From Trichosphaerium sp. ATCC 40318 (lineage: Eukaryota > Protista > Tubulinea), in assembly GCA_038496445.1 (NCBI GenBank), contig JALMLS010000334.1, positions 124,001-188,000 on the forward strand: a stretch of DNA of 64,000 bases. The letters are read 5' to 3'. Below the pieces are notes generated by a model. The model was not told where the DNA came from. It was given only the letters and a program-made list of their open reading frames with translations, and searched no databases. Shown piece by piece: positions 48,285-62,599 of the stretch. A program made the translations under genes and the position numbers. The first letter of the stretch is position 1. Each line of letters opens with the position of its first letter.

Positions 48285-51200
48285 TTATTCATTGTCTCGT
48301 TGCTTTTTTTTTTGGATGATTAAGTTTGAATTTGATATGATGTCTTTTCTACTCCCTTTGAGCCATGCTGCATCATCTTTTACCTTCTTCACTACTTTGA
48401 GTACATACTTGAGTGCACCAGGACGCCATTCAAATAGCTAAAGGAGCGTTAGTAACAATTTAGTGGAGATAGCAGAGTATGGACCTCAACGTAAAATTCT
48501 AAATCCATTCCAGTTAATAGCTCAGCTTGTCCTGAGTCTTGAAGTGCCTGAAAGAATATGTACGCATATCGAGCTAGTTGCCGTCGTCTCTCTGTTATCT
48601 TAATAACTTTACCACCATAACTACTACTATCACCTTGAACAACATAAGCTTACAAAGTAGCAAGAAAAAAAATAAGAAAATACCATCATCAAACGCAGCA
48701 AATTCATCAGCTCTCTCATCCACTGGGAGGGACTGCGTGACTAATATCATTTAGTTCAATAATTAATACGCTATTGTTATTATCGCACATTGATCAAAAT
48801 CTACTGTATCTTCAGTAGTATTATCGGTTGCATCCTTAGCAACAACTTTTGAATGATTTTTCTTAAGTCTTTTACAATATCCACTAAGAAGTTTTGTATT
48901 AAATCCCATGATCGTTGTGACATCTCCTTGAGCCATATAAAAATAGAAGAGGTCTTTTTCTGAGAATATCAAATCTAGTGTTTGTTTTATACATTCAGGA
49001 ACAAGTGAATGAAGCAAAGCGTCCGTGCATATAGCACGAGACTTCAAATCTATAAAACAAAACTTAGACAGAAAAAAAGTTTAGTTTTAACTAACTGCTT
49101 CTGTCAAGCTTATTGTAAGCCTTGAATACTCTGTCATATGCTGATTTATCTCCGTGCCTTAGTATATAAGGTTATGTATTATTCTAGGTTAGATTTATGC
49201 ATGTGACATACCGTACTACTGTGCTCATTATACAGCAAAGAATTTTTGGTTTTGGATGTGTTCCAATTACAAACTTTGGGTCTGAAAAGTGCTGCTCAAA
49301 CAGTTCTTTAAAATGGTAATTAAAATCAGTAACGCTTGATTTATATTCACTTTCATACCTCTTGCTTGTTTTACAACCTTTTCAGAGGCGACAACTGGAA
49401 TTATACTGAGAAGTTCGCTACAAAAAATCAAATCAACAACATAACAGTGTACAACTTTGCAATCAGTAGGTACCCTTGTAGCACTGGTGTCTTGGACTCT
49501 AAATCAAATACACCAACGTGATCTATAACATTTTCATATAAAGAGCGGAAAAGATTTGCAACATGGGGTTGTTCATCCTCTGGAAAGGCAGGAATAAATT
49601 TTGCAGTTTCTGTTTTTATTTCATTCCAAATCATATCACTCTTTAAAAAGCGTTTAGTGATAATCACCTGTGTTAAGAATATGGTACCTTAGATAGTCGA
49701 AAAGCGTATAGAAGGTTTAGGTAGACATCACTCTTAATCTTAGGTGGTGTACACGTGAACAAAGCAATAGCCTAAATATCGTGAGTTTTCTTGGAGGATT
49801 TTTGGTGATTGGTTTGTACGTCAATTAGTAGGCCAAGTTGGTCTCTTTGTGGTAGCTCATCCCTTTCTATTGCTATTATCAAACGCGCCCATAATTTAGG
49901 AGAGTAATTTGTTCGATAAACGCCGACATGTGTCCAATTGAGTTTTATCCAATCTTTTATTGTGAGTTTTGAAGGTAATGCTATTGTTTCTGCTCTTGCG
50001 ATTACTTTCTTTGTAAATGCTGGTTTTTCTTTTGTTTTTATATAAACAGGTATTGGATAAGAATCCACAGTATCTGTAAAGAAAAATATATCAGAGGAAG
50101 CAGAAGACAAAGACTTTAAAAAAAAATAAGTACTTTCAATAGAAGTATCTTTTGTTCTCTTCATTAGCTGTTGTGATACAACAATCACTTGAGGTTGTGG
50201 ATTTGATACGTATAGTACAGGATGACCTATTGAATAAGTATAAATAAGGTAGATGTGAGGCGTTTAGGTACCACTAACCTGAATTTTTGATCCAAGGAAC
50301 AAAAAGTTTGTCAAGTTTGATTGAAGTAAATTGTTGTAAGGTATCCACAAAATCCTAAAATAGAAATAAACTAAAAATAAAAGATGAAATAGAAGCTCGT
50401 ACCTTAGTAACTACTGATTTAAATTTATATGATTTAACAAAAGCGCTTAGAATTGTCCTAGATACGTTGTGAGTACAAAACATTAAAATCAAGCTTTGTT
50501 TTAGTACCAAAACTTTTCGGATCCTACTTGATCAAATACCCACTTTAGCATACAAGATGCTTTATCATAACTATGTATAAACGTGTTAGTTATTGTTGGG
50601 AAGATATAGAGCCATTAATTTGTACCATATTGCATCATAAAAGTCATTTAGAGTTCCAGGAGATGATTCCATTTCTAAAACCTCAACTGGATGTGTATCT
50701 TTTAATTCATCTTTAACAAGTGCGATATGAAAGCAATCTGTAGCACAATCGCTCCACATTTCCCTAAGAGTACCATCATCATACGTTCAACTAACAAAAT
50801 CTTAAGAAAAGAAGTACATACCAGTCAGGAAACAAAGTGTCATTGACAACATACTCCATTAATCTCGCAAAGCCCTCTATGATCAAAAAATCAGTTTGTA
50901 ACCAAACATAATAAGACGATCTCACCTTTGAGGTACAAGTACTTCCAATCATCAATAGCAACTAAATCTCCAAACCACATGTGTGCAACCTTGTTTCAAT
51001 AAGTTGGGTTTTTTCAAGCACGCTAATGTTTGTCTTTCGTCTTTACCTCATGGGCGACCAATTTCGCTACAGATACTTTATGCTTTTGTGTTGATTTGTT
51101 ATTAACGATAAAATGACTAGTCTTTAAAGAGATAGCTCCAAAGTTCTCCATACCAAGAGATTTCATGTTTCTGCAAACTACAAGATCTAGCTAACAAAAA

Positions 51201-52517
51201 CTTTAGACATTTCGATATTACACTTGTCACTGATGTTTTTCAATGCGGATGAGGTACCTTTGGGAGTGGCAAGCCACACTGAAGCTTCTCAGAGAGTAGT
51301 AAAACTGTTTTCTTAGCTATATCCAACCCAAATTTTCCTCCATTCTTGTAGTATTGAGGTAGCGCTACCCTCATCGTTATAGGCGTATCTTTCTTTTCGC
51401 CATTAGAATTGTTTTAGTTAAAGAGGTATAAGTGCAACAACAAAAAACCAAGGATGGTAAGCAAGAGATATTAAAGAGATAACACTGTCGTAAAAGGATA
51501 TTCATAGGGTTGTACGATTTCTTCTTCAATGAACTTGAATTCACCTTTTTTTTTGTCAGTTAAGTTTTTTGTTTGTGATTTATGGATGGCTTACCAATAA
51601 ACAAGCTTATGAGGTATGGAGGGATGAGTGGTGATGTATCAAATATTATATTCTTTTTTCTTAGGATTTTATAGTTCTCATCTTCATCCATAATCATTTC
51701 TTCTGTATCCTCTTCGTCCTTGATTGGCATGCCTTTTCAACAAAAAAAAAATTAACTTTTGTTTAGTGAAAATAAACATACATGAAATAGCTTGCTCATG
51801 ACGCATCACCCTTACTGATACATCAAAAAGAGCTCTTACATTTGGTAAATCTATACAAGGGAATGCATTCCTGGCAGCACCTGAACAAAAAGTGTAAGAC
51901 AAACATCCTCTTGCCATGAAAAAACAATTTTTTCAAAAAACAATACCAAGTCGTACGTGGTTCAAATTGAGTTCCTATTCCGTTCAATAGGCTCCTTCCG
52001 TCTTTGCTTGGATACTGTAGCAAGAATATACCTTAAGGTAGTTTAAAAAAAACCCAAGAGGTACCAAATAGCACGTGGTTAAGAGCGTCTTACCTCGCTT
52101 TTTATGGTCATTGTTTATTTTCGCTTTGTACTCAATAGTAAGCACAGCTTCACTATTTTTCGGTAAAGTGTCATCCCATGTGAGCGTCACAGTCTGTAAG
52201 TTATGATTATAATCCGTTTTAGAGCTTTGGTAGTAGTTGTCCTGTATTTGTCAGCACATAAACCGTTTATTTTATATTCACCTGATGACGTAATTCAGCT
52301 GATGATATAAGCAGTTTAGACGCGTGTAACGTTATTGTTTTGCTTTCAACGTTACTGAATTTTATATAAAGCTTAGCAGTCGCCTTTACTTGATATCTAA
52401 AAGCGTTATTGCTTGTTTCGGTACGTTTTGTACTTACAGCGATACAAAAGGCTCGAAATATAAGGAATACTTGTTTATTTCAATGTTGTGACCAACTACG
52501 TTAGCCTTTCGTTCCAT
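48285..52517 (-). CDS. M1 family zinc aminopeptidase (puromycin-sensitive/ERAP-like)
   Basis: GTQFEP, ARNAFPCIDLP, GMENFG, VAHEVAHMWFGDLV...LKE, YDKASC, WIKLN...YRTNY; many exons; start could lie further upstream. Confidence 0.9.
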
Positions 52518-52657
52518 GAAACGTCTACTGGTGATCAAAAATGACAAACACTTAAGCACACTTGAGCTAAGTGTACTGTACATTTCTTCGCGTGTTGATG
52601 ATATAAGCTGTGTTTCTAAGGACAAAACCGTCTCTTTCGTTTAACTGAGTTTTGCTC

Positions 52658-54347
52658 ATGCTACGATCTTCATTTACACGGAAAACGCCATTACGACGCG
52701 CAAATAGTACTTCCCAATGCTTGTCGGTAAAAAGGATTATATTTCAAACTAAATGGTACTAAACTCCACTCATACGCGTTGAACTAACGCAAATAGCCGA
52801 AATTTGCATAGAAGGAGCAATAAACGGCAAGATGCATTGATGATATGCAAACAAGGCCATGAGGATCTGCTTGTACATGAAATGCGTTGGTTGTATGATA
52901 TAAACGTACTACTACTTTAATACGACAGCTTATAAGACTCACGTGGATGAACAGGCGAAAGCAAGAGTAGGACACGTTGAACTAGATTGGGATCCAAACA
53001 TTGACATGCATTCCAGTTATGCTCTTCAAGTCTTGCCTAACTGTAAGTCGTACTCTGGTAAATCTATAGCGACAATGGCACTTAAAGCTGCCACATATGT
53101 AAAAGGTGTTATGGCTGACAATCCAGATCCTAAACCAAAGTGGCATCTTCACGTGATAGGCGAGTGAACTTTCTTTTTTTTTTCTTTTTTTATGATGTCA
53201 GCAATTAATTGTTGTTAGATAATGTTGGTAGTAAGGTGCAATGCAAATCATCTCATGTAAGAAATGTGTTCCAGAGCGAGCTTGGAAAAATGTTACGTGG
53301 TAAAGGTGGACTTAAAGGAAGGACTGTACCGTCTGTGCCAAAAGAAGGTACCTCAATGCATGTGTTTGAACACAAAAAATTCTTCGTCTTTTTGATCAAA
53401 GATTTACATAAAACATAGGAAAGATACCTTATTCCGGTGACGTACTGGTTCAAATATTTATGAAAAAGGAAAGTTCATTGGCAGTTTCGGTTGCTGAGGT
53501 AGTAATTAAAAACAAGTCTCTTGTTTTGATCATTTCTTAATTTTTTCACTTTAGATGAAACTTGGACATTTTGGATGGGGTTTCCCACTACCTTTTAATG
53601 CTGGTTGGATAAAAGTTCCCAGAGATGAGCATCAACCGGCTGTATCATATCTGAAGCTATTAGAGGTATTACAACAAAAAGACAAACAACAAAAGGCTGA
53701 AACCTAACCCGTTAAAAAACAGCTTCTAGAATGCTTAGATTTATCAAAAACATACTTTGAAGGAAAGGTTGTTGCTGATTTAGGTGCTCATCCTGGAAGC
53801 TGGACAAGAGTACTTCTTCAATTAGGTTGTAAAGTATACTCAAACGACTGGTAAGTGAAAACAGTAGGAATGTTTTCACAAGTCTAACAAGTTGTTAGGG
53901 TTCCTTTTAAAAAAACCTTTATTGATAAAGATCATCCAAATCTTATACACTCAAATGAGGATGCTGGAGGTACTTCACAGTAACAACTCACTAACCAAAT
54001 TAATCAATGGGTAGTATGGAATCCACCAGTAAAACTAGATTGGGCTTTCTGTGACATGGGTAAAGTTGTGAGTAAAAAAGTATACGAGCTAACTCTTCTT
54101 TTTTTTTTTGAAAGGCATGCCTCCTAAAAAGACTCTTGCTATATTAGAATCATGGATACAACTTGACAGAGCTACAAATTATATATGGACTCTAAAGATG
54201 GGCCTTGCAGAATCATGGGAAGAAGCAACAAACGATGTACATCTTTGTATGAAAAAAATAGAACATTATCGTTATTTTATAAGACACTTGTACAATCATG
54301 GCGAAGAAATAGTAGTTGTATGCATACCTAAAAAACCTGTACAATAA
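52658..54347 (+). CDS. RlmM(YgdE)-like FtsJ-fold rRNA 2'-O-methyltransferase with a predicted mitochondrial presequence
   Basis: MLRSSFTRKTPLRRANST presequence; LMICKQGHEDLLVHEM; PAVSYLKLLE; ADLGAHPGSWT; DWAFCDM; TLKM; HLYNHGEEI. Confidence 0.78.
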
Positions 54348-54622
54348 AGTAAAAAGATAAATCATCCATCTGACGCATTATAATCATAATGTGAAGTGAG
54401 CTTACCGTTCCAGAACAACCTGTAATCATGGGTCACATGTTCTCGAAAAAGTACTTTTAATAGATGACATTACAGCAAATGCTGTGGCAGTTAAACATTG
54501 CCTTTAGTGTTTCAAAAAATGAACACAGTTCTTGGTTTTTGGGAATGGTAGGCAAAATCTTAAGCAAGGCCTTATTTATTATAACGTTCTATGTACAAAA
54601 AACCATTAAGACCTGCTTACAC

Positions 54623-56643
54623 CTACGCTTTCTTTTCACGTGATGATTTTGATAAAGGTATTGATATAAGACTAAGTAAAGAAATACTGAAATAAGCCAA
54701 TAATGCTAGTCCTTCTCGTTGAACCATCAATGAGGAGATGTCATCAACTTGGTGAAAATTAGTACAAAAAAATAAAAAAATTTCGAAAAGAAAACAAATG
54801 TCACATGGTCCACGTACGTGTACTGATTTGTTGCTTTATGAACCCATTGTACATCATTATATGTAATGTAAAACATACACATAGTATAAGACGTATAACC
54901 TCCGCTAGTTTCACCCACGTCTTTCCATCAAAAAAAGCGCTAAAAGTGAATATATTGTAAACCAAAAAACTAGCATAACAGAAACTCATTAAAAAATCCA
55001 TCTTTCCACGCTCTAGAGAAACCGAAAACAAATAATTAACACAAAATAGTATAGTATTATAGTAGTACTAACCAACAAAGAAATAAAGTGCCAATCCCAC
55101 AAGAGTGATAAGATGAAGTACCAAGTAAGTTGTCATCGCAAAACCATTAACACTGCTATCATATTTTATCCTCTGTGGTTGTTTCTCTTGTTCACTAGGT
55201 TTCTGGAAATCCTCATAATGCATAAAAAAGTAATTATATCCAGGACCATAATCAAGGAAAGTTCTCAGCCTACTCACGATGTAAGAGAAGTAAATATAAA
55301 AAAAGGAATCTACTCAAATTTCGTCTTACTTGTTGATTATTCCAGGTGTATTGTATGCCACGTGCGCGATTTCTATCCAGTGATGGAATTGAGAGTAGAA
55401 AGGATCCCATGTGTTGAGTTCATGTGTTATACCATATCTCACACGCTCCTTCTCAGGCTCAAAAGTACCAAACATGCGATCATAGATAATCAATGTCCCA
55501 CCTTGACAACAAATTGATTAATTACTTAGAATAACGTTATGCTTTTTGTACGTACCATAATTTTTATCAATGTACTGAGCGTTTCTACCATGATGTACAC
55601 GATGATGAGAAGGTGTATTAAAGATAAATTCTATAGGCCCTACAGCAAAGGATTAACTTCAACTCGGATGATTCCACTGGAAAGAACAAAACGTACAAGG
55701 AAGCTTGTCTATACACTCTGTGTGAATCCAAAATTGGTAGAGGATGTTAATCTCATAATGTACAAAGTAAAGAGGTACAGGGAAGAAAAACGCCAAAGGC
55801 AGGTACCACATCCAACTCGTAAAGCCTTGTAGAGCTCCTAGAATAAAATAAGAAAAATAGTTAACAAAATCCACTCAAATGAGAAACATGAACACAAGCT
55901 GTTTACCTTGACGCAGAGCTGTACTTAACGTATAATCTTCCGAGTTGTGATGTACCACGTGTGCAGCCCACATAAAGTTCCATTCATGTGCAAATCGATG
56001 AAACCAGTAATAACATAGCTCTACGAGGAAGAACATTGCCTTTACAAGCAAGTCAAAAAATGTGAACAGGTGTCAAAAAAAAAACTCTTACAATCCATGA
56101 AACAATGCCTGGTTCTCGCTTATCCCAATCCAAAAGGCAGTAACGTTCATTAAGATACGCGTACGGGTATAAACCAACGCCACTACGAAAGATAGAGACC
56201 GCCTGAAGCTCATTAGAAGCTAAAATCGCAAACTCAGTACGTACCACTTCAAAAACGTTCATAAAAACTGAGTTTATGCTTGAGTTCAAACGGACTGGCT
56301 CTGTCTTTAGGAAACCGTTAATGAATATTACTTCAACCACAAGCGCTAAGAATATCCATGGAATGATTTTTGAACGTATTTCTACGCTGTATAAGGAAAT
56401 TGGCGTTTAACATTTTAAAACGGCTACAGACGTTTACGTACCTGGTAGCTCTGGCAGGACAGGCCATGGGCTTGTTAACATTGAAATACCTGTGTACAAG
56501 CCCAAAGCAACCACTAATACGCCAAATATGTAGTAATACCAATGCTGAGCGTAAGTATCAAGTTTTGTACTTTTTATGGCAAACTCATGCGCTAGCTCGT
56601 TCCTACTCTTCGCTGATCGCATTTTATGGTTGTTTATGTACAA
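54623..56643 (-). CDS. AGMO: Alkylglycerol monooxygenase (TMEM195)-like fatty acid hydroxylase
   Basis: [53 protein letters not shown]...IDKNYGG. Confidence 0.9.
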
Positions 56644-56819
56644 TGTGTCAGTTTTTCAGTTGGAAAGAAGTGTCTCGGGTTTTAGTTTATCCATAAATCA
56701 CAAAGTAAGAACAAATTCAACGCAATTCAATGCTGACTCCGTCAACGTATGAAAATTTAACAAAATTCAAATGCAACTACTAACACGTGTTCATTAATGT
56801 TATTTATATAAATTGTAAG

Positions 56820-58410
56820 TTACAAATCATCTAATACAAGTACACGCTGACGCTTATTATGAAAGTGAAAATTTTCTTTTAATTTTCTCTTCTGCCTGCT
56901 TGATACAGAAAGTCTCTTTTTGTTTAACCTCTTTAACACTTTTTCAAACTTAGTCTTGACACCAAAAACCTCAGCAAGCTCAATCAATACTTCTTGTCCA
57001 CGTGCATCCACCTCATCAATATCATATCCTCCAAGAGCCATTGCCTACAAGAAAATACGGTAAGAGATTTTTAGTTCCCTCTTTGTTTGTTTTACTACCA
57101 TCAAAGCAATCAAGTCTGCTAGTATTTCCTCAGGATCGTTTGTGTACAGTGTTATTGATCCAGTAGCATGTTTAAATACTTAATTTAATGTTATCCAAAG
57201 GGTAAAGAACAAATACAGTTTTTTTTTTTAGTACCTTCACATTCTTCTTTTTTTATCGGTTTTGGTTGACCGTTATCATCTAATTTAACGATCCAAGTAT
57301 TGGTTTCTTCATCACGTTCAATCTCAAAGAAGCTTGATTTGATATATCCTGTAATCTCCCTTCCTTTGACACGCTTTGTTGAAGCTGCATAATCGACTAA
57401 AACAACAGCTTTGACGTCTTCTCCATCACTTGCAATATTAATATAATGTTGCTGACAAGGACAGTCTGGGTTTGTTATCTTTCTTGAGGAAAGATAATCT
57501 CCTAAAACCAACAAAGAATCTAATCTAAAAAGAGTCAAAAAACAACTTTTTTATTTTTTATTTGCATGTGTTTCATACGTACTTTGTAAACCCAATACTC
57601 TTGTATAATCTATGACGAATATCTGGAGAGTACCTACTGAATATATGGAAGCACTCATGCACCATAACTTCAGCAAAATCATCATTGCTCTCAGCTATAC
57701 AAAAAGTTAAAAAAAAAAACTCTGAATGCATTGCTCATCCAACCTCTTTGCAGTCCCTTTATCTAAATCTAATGTAAACAACACTTACTTATTAAAAACA
57801 AGACAACTTACTGCATACTCAGGCATTATTATACAGGTACCACGTGTATAATAAGCAGTACCTTCGACCTTGCCTGCAACTTTAATGATGCCAAGTTTTT
57901 GTGGTACTAAATCATGTGACAGTTGCTTGTCAATATTAAATCACTTCAGATTAGATAGAACAAACGTACACAAGCAAGATATGTCGCTTTTGTGAGAACA
58001 TTCATTATCTGTACAGCTGGTTAATTGAACTACATTTACACTCGTTTAAGCTCACCAATGTGCGTTCTTTTGCTGTCCAATCGCCTATTTCAGCGACTAT
58101 AGCTTGTTTTAGCACAACCATTTTTGCGTTGTGACTGGTATCGCTCAAAGTAGCTAAAACCTTTTCAGGCAAGCGTAGGTCTACCTCAACTGGCGACAAA
58201 TGCTGTAAAAAAATGATTAAACGCTTTTTGTATTAGGCGTACTGTAAAGAAAGGTAAATCGGAATCATCAAGCAATAATGGAGCTCCTTCGTCAGGTGAC
58301 AGCAAGAACAACTCTTTTTTAAGAGGTAATTCCTACAAACGTGTCAACAATGTTAGATACGTATGTATGTAGCTTACCAAGCAAGCCTTCCTAGTAGGAA
58401 ACGCTTTCAT
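56820..58410 (-). CDS. Uncharacterised HExxH zincin-like metalloprotease
   Basis: VEGTAYYTRG, VHECFHIFSRYSPDIRHRLYKSIGF, ITNPD, DPEEILAD. Confidence 0.72.
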
Positions 58411-58481
58411 CCTTGTGTGACCTCCAAATGTGACGTTCAACGTTAAGCCAACTGCTTTTTTAGTGAAGTTGCCAGACAGTA

Positions 58482-59602
58482 ATGAAAGGCTTGGGTAAAA
58501 AAGCTGGTAAGTTCTACGCCGTGCGTGTCGGCAAGAAGCCAGGTATTTATCGCTCTTGGTACGTAGTTTTTTGAATAAATGACATTGTAACAGAAAGCAG
58601 GCCAGAGTGCTCTGATCAGGTTAATAAATACCCAGGGAGTATTCACAAGAGTTTTAAAAGCTTAGAAGCTGCACAAAAGTGGTTGGGTGTAAAACAACCT
58701 GTTTCCTTGACAAGAAAGTTTCCAGTACTCAGTAATAGCCTAAAACGAAAGTTGAGCGCAGAAATGCCACCTGCAAAAAAACGGAAGCTAACAGCCAAAA
58801 CAAAGAAATCAGTGTCTACAATAGCGTATGTCACCACTCTAGCATTGACATATGTCATTAACACCATGTAGCAAACTTACCACGAAAGAGGACGGAGCAC
58901 GCGTTATTTGGACTGATGGAGCATGCTCTAACAACCAATCGAGTAACGCTAAAGCAGGTGTCGGTGTTTACTTTGGGCCATCCGATCCCAGAAACATTGC
59001 AGAGCGCTTGGTTGGCGTACAAACAAACAACAGAGCTGAAATGATGGTACACGTAAAGCAAATGCCCTTGTACATATTTAACACTTGAGAACTAGGCAGC
59101 CATACGCGCCTTAGAAGTTGCTCTTGAGGAGAGCAAAACACAGCATGTCATAATCAAAACAGATTCAAAATACGTCTTGAAAGGTAAACCACTCACTCTG
59201 TTTGTTGGCCAGTGACACTCACAAAGACAAAAGGTGTCACAGTGTGGGTCCATACGTGGATTAAAAATGGCTGGAAGAAAAGCAATGGTACGCGGATATT
59301 TCCCTCTTTAACCGCTGGCATGACTTCTTTTTAGGCGGTAAAGTGCTTAACCAGGATCTATGGGAACGTTTGGTGGAATTGCGCGGAAAGTTTTCGAAGC
59401 TGCCAGAATTCGTGCGTTTATATGCGTTGTGCAAGGCTTTTAACACTCACGTAGGTTCACGTACGTGCACACTCGGGTATTGAAGGTAATGAGGCAGCCG
59501 ACAGGCTAGCTGTGGCCGGAGCAGAGAAGCCTTTGCCAGATGAAATTGGTACGCGTTTCTTTGTGTTATAACTTGGCTTATAGACGTTTAGACGCGAATT
59601 GA
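58482..59602 (+). CDS. RNASEH1: Ribonuclease H1
   Basis: KFYAVRVGKKPGIYRSW hybrid-binding domain; WTDGACSNN, QTNNRAE, IKTDSKY, NQDLW, HVRAHSGIEGNEAADRLA. Confidence 0.95.
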
Positions 59603-59796
59603 CGCCTATCTTGATCTGTTTTCTGTTGGCAGCTCTTTTTTCAAATGAATAGGCGTGAAAGTACTGAAATATGCTGTTGTTGTATAGATAAACCTTGTAC
59701 TTTAGTTATTACAGCATTATATATTCTTATTGCGATTGGTTGAGTTCGCAATTGTATTGTTCTACTCACAAATAGCGAAATTATGTCTAGTATGTG

Positions 59797-60006
59797 TTAA
59801 AGAGATATGAGGGATAGTTTACTTACTGCGAGGTTTTGTTTTACAGTACGCTTTGCATTTCTACCAGTACCAGTTTGTTTTTGGTTGTGGTTACGCTTCC
59901 AGCAGCGTACTTGCATGTTATTGCCTCTTTTTACCATTTTACAATCCGGGCACATTTTTTTGAGCGCAGAGCGATACTTCATGCGTGGTGCCAGCGAGAG
60001 CCTCAT
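59797..60006 (-). CDS. MRPL36: Mitochondrial ribosomal protein bL36m
   Basis: MKYRSALKKMCPDCKMVKRG...VRC...HNQKQ zinc ribbon; an upstream exon is possible. Confidence 0.85.
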   Translation of the reverse strand: MRLSLAPRMKYRSALKKMCPDCKMVKRGNNMQVRCWKRNHNQKQTGTGRNAKRTVKQNLAVSKLSLISL

Positions 60007-60239
60007 TATGAAAGTATTTTGGGCTAGTATAAATGAGTTCCACCTATTTTCAGCTACTTTTCCACACTATACGTACCTACACTGGTTTCTTATCAAATAC
60101 TAACAACAGCGACACCAAATAGTCCTCTAACTTCAACCCAGTGATAAAATCGCACCAAAAAAATAAAAAAAACTACTGTATTGATAGTCTTGACACGTGA
60201 GTTAATCTCGTTTATTTCAACTGATGTTACACTCAAGAA

Positions 60240-62599
60240 CTAGTGTATCTTAACGCTCTGCGCTGGAGGGATAAAACAGTCGTTTCCAGAGCAGTCAAAA
60301 AATTCTTTGAGCCTTTTAAATCTCTCTTCCATGTGGGCTGGACTACTTGTGTTTACAGCATTTTGAAGTGCCCATGGATCTTTATTGATATCGTCTACAT
60401 CAGTATTAGAACATCACAAATAAAAAAAAAAGAGTGTCACGTGCAATACTCAACAAACTCCTGATCATCATTAAACTTGCAATAAATGCTATTTTCGGAA
60501 GGTGACAGCTTTCTCACACATGCGTAAGTGTTGTTTTTAGCATCACATGGAGCTTCACCATGTTCTCCTCCGCAACACATTACACCAGGCAAGAGAGCAC
60601 CTGGACATGAAGGTGTAGCTCTGTTTGGATCTGAAATTAAAAAAAAGTTACTTTAAAAACCTAGTTTGCGTTACACTTCTTACCTGCTGGTAGAATACCA
60701 TATTCATCAACTTGAGGACCATTGTACTCTACCATAATCTCATCCCTCCATACTGAAGGTGCATTTCCATGTGCTACAGGTAACCAAGAACGTCCATCCT
60801 ACAGAGATTGTTAAAAAACTTGTTAAAGAAGTGAAATATCCCGCGGGATCGCGGCCTACCATAATATCTGGTTTTGCTATGCCCATCTACAGATTAATCT
60901 ATTAGTTTATTCAATACTAATGCTACTATTCGTACCATATCCAAAATGGTTGGTGCCCAATCAACAGAAACAACCATATTATCTATTTTCATTCCAGGTT
61001 TAATGCCCGGACCTATTCTTTGGTTTTAGGACTTCTTCAAACCTCGTTTACTAACCTCTAGCGAGCAATGGTACTCTAATATCAGTTTCGTATAATTGGC
61101 GCTTATCAAATCCCATACCGAATTCTCCCAGATGGAAACCGTGATCGCTTGAATAGATCTTAAACAAAAAAGTTAAAACGACATAAACTTGAGCTGTTGT
61201 ACAATGTATGTGTCATCCAGTATACCAAGCTCCTCCAGGGTATGTACTATTTCTGCTACCATATCATCAACAGATTGAAGAGCCTTTAAAAGGAGAAATA
61301 GGTAAGAATTGCGAAAAGCGAGAATAAATAAAGAAAAAAAAAATACCCTCCATCTATCAGCGTATGTGAGATCACTGTTTTTAATTTGTGCTTCATCCAT
61401 AGGACCTACTTCTCTCAAGAGCCAATGTTTATCTGGATTTGGTGCTTTATTCCAGCTAGGAGTACGTGGAGCCTATTACCAATGTAAGAAAAATTAAAAG
61501 TTTTTTTCACGTGTTTTCTTTTACTAACAGAACCCATGAAAGATAGTCTTTCAAAATAATTTGTTGTATCATTTACGTACCTTAATACCGAGGTACTTAT
61601 TAGCATATTGAGGTGCAAATATGTTAGGAACATGAGGTGCTGGTGAACCAAGCATAACAAAGAACGGCTCTCCTGCAGTTTCTTTTATAAAGGATATTGA
61701 CTTATTCTTTATGTAATCTGTAAAGTAATCTGTGGCGTAGTTGCTACCATGATGCTCCACTTGAAAAAAATGTGAACTGAAAGTCCAACAAAAAACTGCA
61801 AATTGAGAAAAAAAAAAAAAAGACTGTTTTTAGTGGTTCGTACATGTGCCATTGTTAGATACGTCGTAGTCGTAGTACCTTTGAAAATGTGATTACTAAT
61901 ACGTCTATTTGACTATTGTGGCGTACTTGGAGTTTCCTACTAGACCGAACCACCTTGTCCATCCTGGAGGGATATGCTCAACTCCACCAACCTTTGAAAA
62001 AAAATAATGAGACAATTTTGATCAAAATGGTTAAAACGTACAGGTTTAGTGCCGTAATTATTAAGATATTTGCCTGCGTAGAACGTCTTATAGCCATTGG
62101 AATTAGCAAAGTGAGCAACATTCAACTTTTCAGGCCCTACAGCAAGAAAATTACAACAACATTTCAGAAGAAAAAAAAAATCACGTGTTCCGAAAATTCG
62201 GTTTGTATTTTTTCCACCGTACCTTCTTGCCATTCTGTACCGCCGCATCCGTTATCATATACCTTTGTATTATGCATATAACGACCTGTTTGAATCGTAG
62301 CACGGCTTGGGCAACAAATTGGGGTAGCGACGAAGGCATTAGTGAAGTAAGCACCTAGTAACTGTAAAAACAATAATAGGACCAAAAAAACAAGCGGTAA
62401 AGTTTTTCACAACAGCTTTTTTCTCGTTACAACAAATAGTACCCTGGTCTATTAAAAGTGATCTAGTCTTGTTCAAACAGGCCAAACTACCGAGTAAAAG
62501 GTCTTGGTCATCTACAAGTACGAATACAACATTCTTTTTATCCGCAGCCGCAACAACGACAGATAAAAGGCAGCACACCAAAAAAAACTTGGTAACCAT
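60240..62599 (-). CDS. GNS: N-acetylglucosamine-6-sulfatase-like sulfatase
   Basis: Signal peptide; [53 protein letters not shown]...[14 protein letters not shown]. Confidence 0.9.
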
